Positions 33,499-33,980 of a DNA stretch of 33,980 nt are shown here, in pieces; positions within the stretch are counted from its first letter, which is position 1; each line of letters begins with the position of its first letter. A model generated the notes under the pieces. The model was given only the letters and a program-made list of their open reading frames with translations, did not search any database and was not told the origin of the DNA. Position numbers and translations under genes: made by a program. The stretch spans positions 50,098,873-50,132,852 of the forward strand of contig NC_068994.1 in NCBI RefSeq assembly GCF_001194135.2, in the 5' to 3' direction. The DNA comes from Octopus bimaculoides. Its lineage: Eukaryota.

Positions 33499-33980
33499 AA
33501 GTTCTTATTCGATTCTTCCTCATCTTGCCAAACTTGAGTGCATTAATATTGTTTAACATATCGAACCCATAATCTTTGTGCAGTAATATATCTAAAGTTT
33601 TGAATCCTTTTTATATCCAAAGCATGCAATAAGGAGAGTCTGCAAATTTAGGCGCAAACAATGAAAATCAAGTTCACAATGAAAAAATCAGTTTTGACTT
33701 TAACCCATGAAAAGTTCTGGAATGGATTACAGCATTTATATGACTGTCGTTTATAATGCAATATAACCTTCGAAACCCGCCTGCTTTGAAGGAAACTGAT
33801 TTTAAAATGGACGAGTAGAATTCAACAATACCGAGCTAGGTGAATTTACGTAATTTTATAACTACTTCATATACATATAGATGTATGTATGTGCATGTAT
33901 GTGTGTGTGTACGTATGTGTATATGTGTGTATATATAATATGTGTACGTATGTATGTATGTATATATATATATATATATG

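Noticed and set aside
33500-33860. Unique AT-rich stretch as a decayed transposase or RT
   Set aside because: Hand translation of several frames gave no motif I could confidently recognise.

Overview
Eukaryotic, repeat-saturated, apparently non-coding (intronic or intergenic) scaffold segment. It has 15 N-gaps totalling about 7.2 kb (~21%), most of them abutting microsatellites. The SINE complement and microsatellite load look like an octopus (coleoid cephalopod) genome; this is an inference from remembered repeat families, not a database result. I found no supportable host-gene exon. Most long ORFs in the track are artefacts of simple repeats or N-runs; the rest are short chance frames or transposon relics. 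Contents: (1) three tRNA-headed SINE families (here A, B, C) in young and old copies, plus a fourth repeat with a (CAA)n tail; (2) decayed retroelements recognised by hand translation: two R4/Dong-like segments, an L1/Tx1-like endonuclease region, a CR1-like RT fragment and a Penelope-like GIY-YIG region with a 144-bp tandem duplication; (3) a hAT-type MITE, an orphan hAT end and an orphan Tigger/pogo-like end; (4) many micro- and minisatellites, including a dimeric higher-order array. The most unusual signal is a type-I hammerhead-ribozyme-like fold at about 26057-26183. Its CUGAUGA/GAAA core is intact and three stems pair, but the cleavage site is degenerate.
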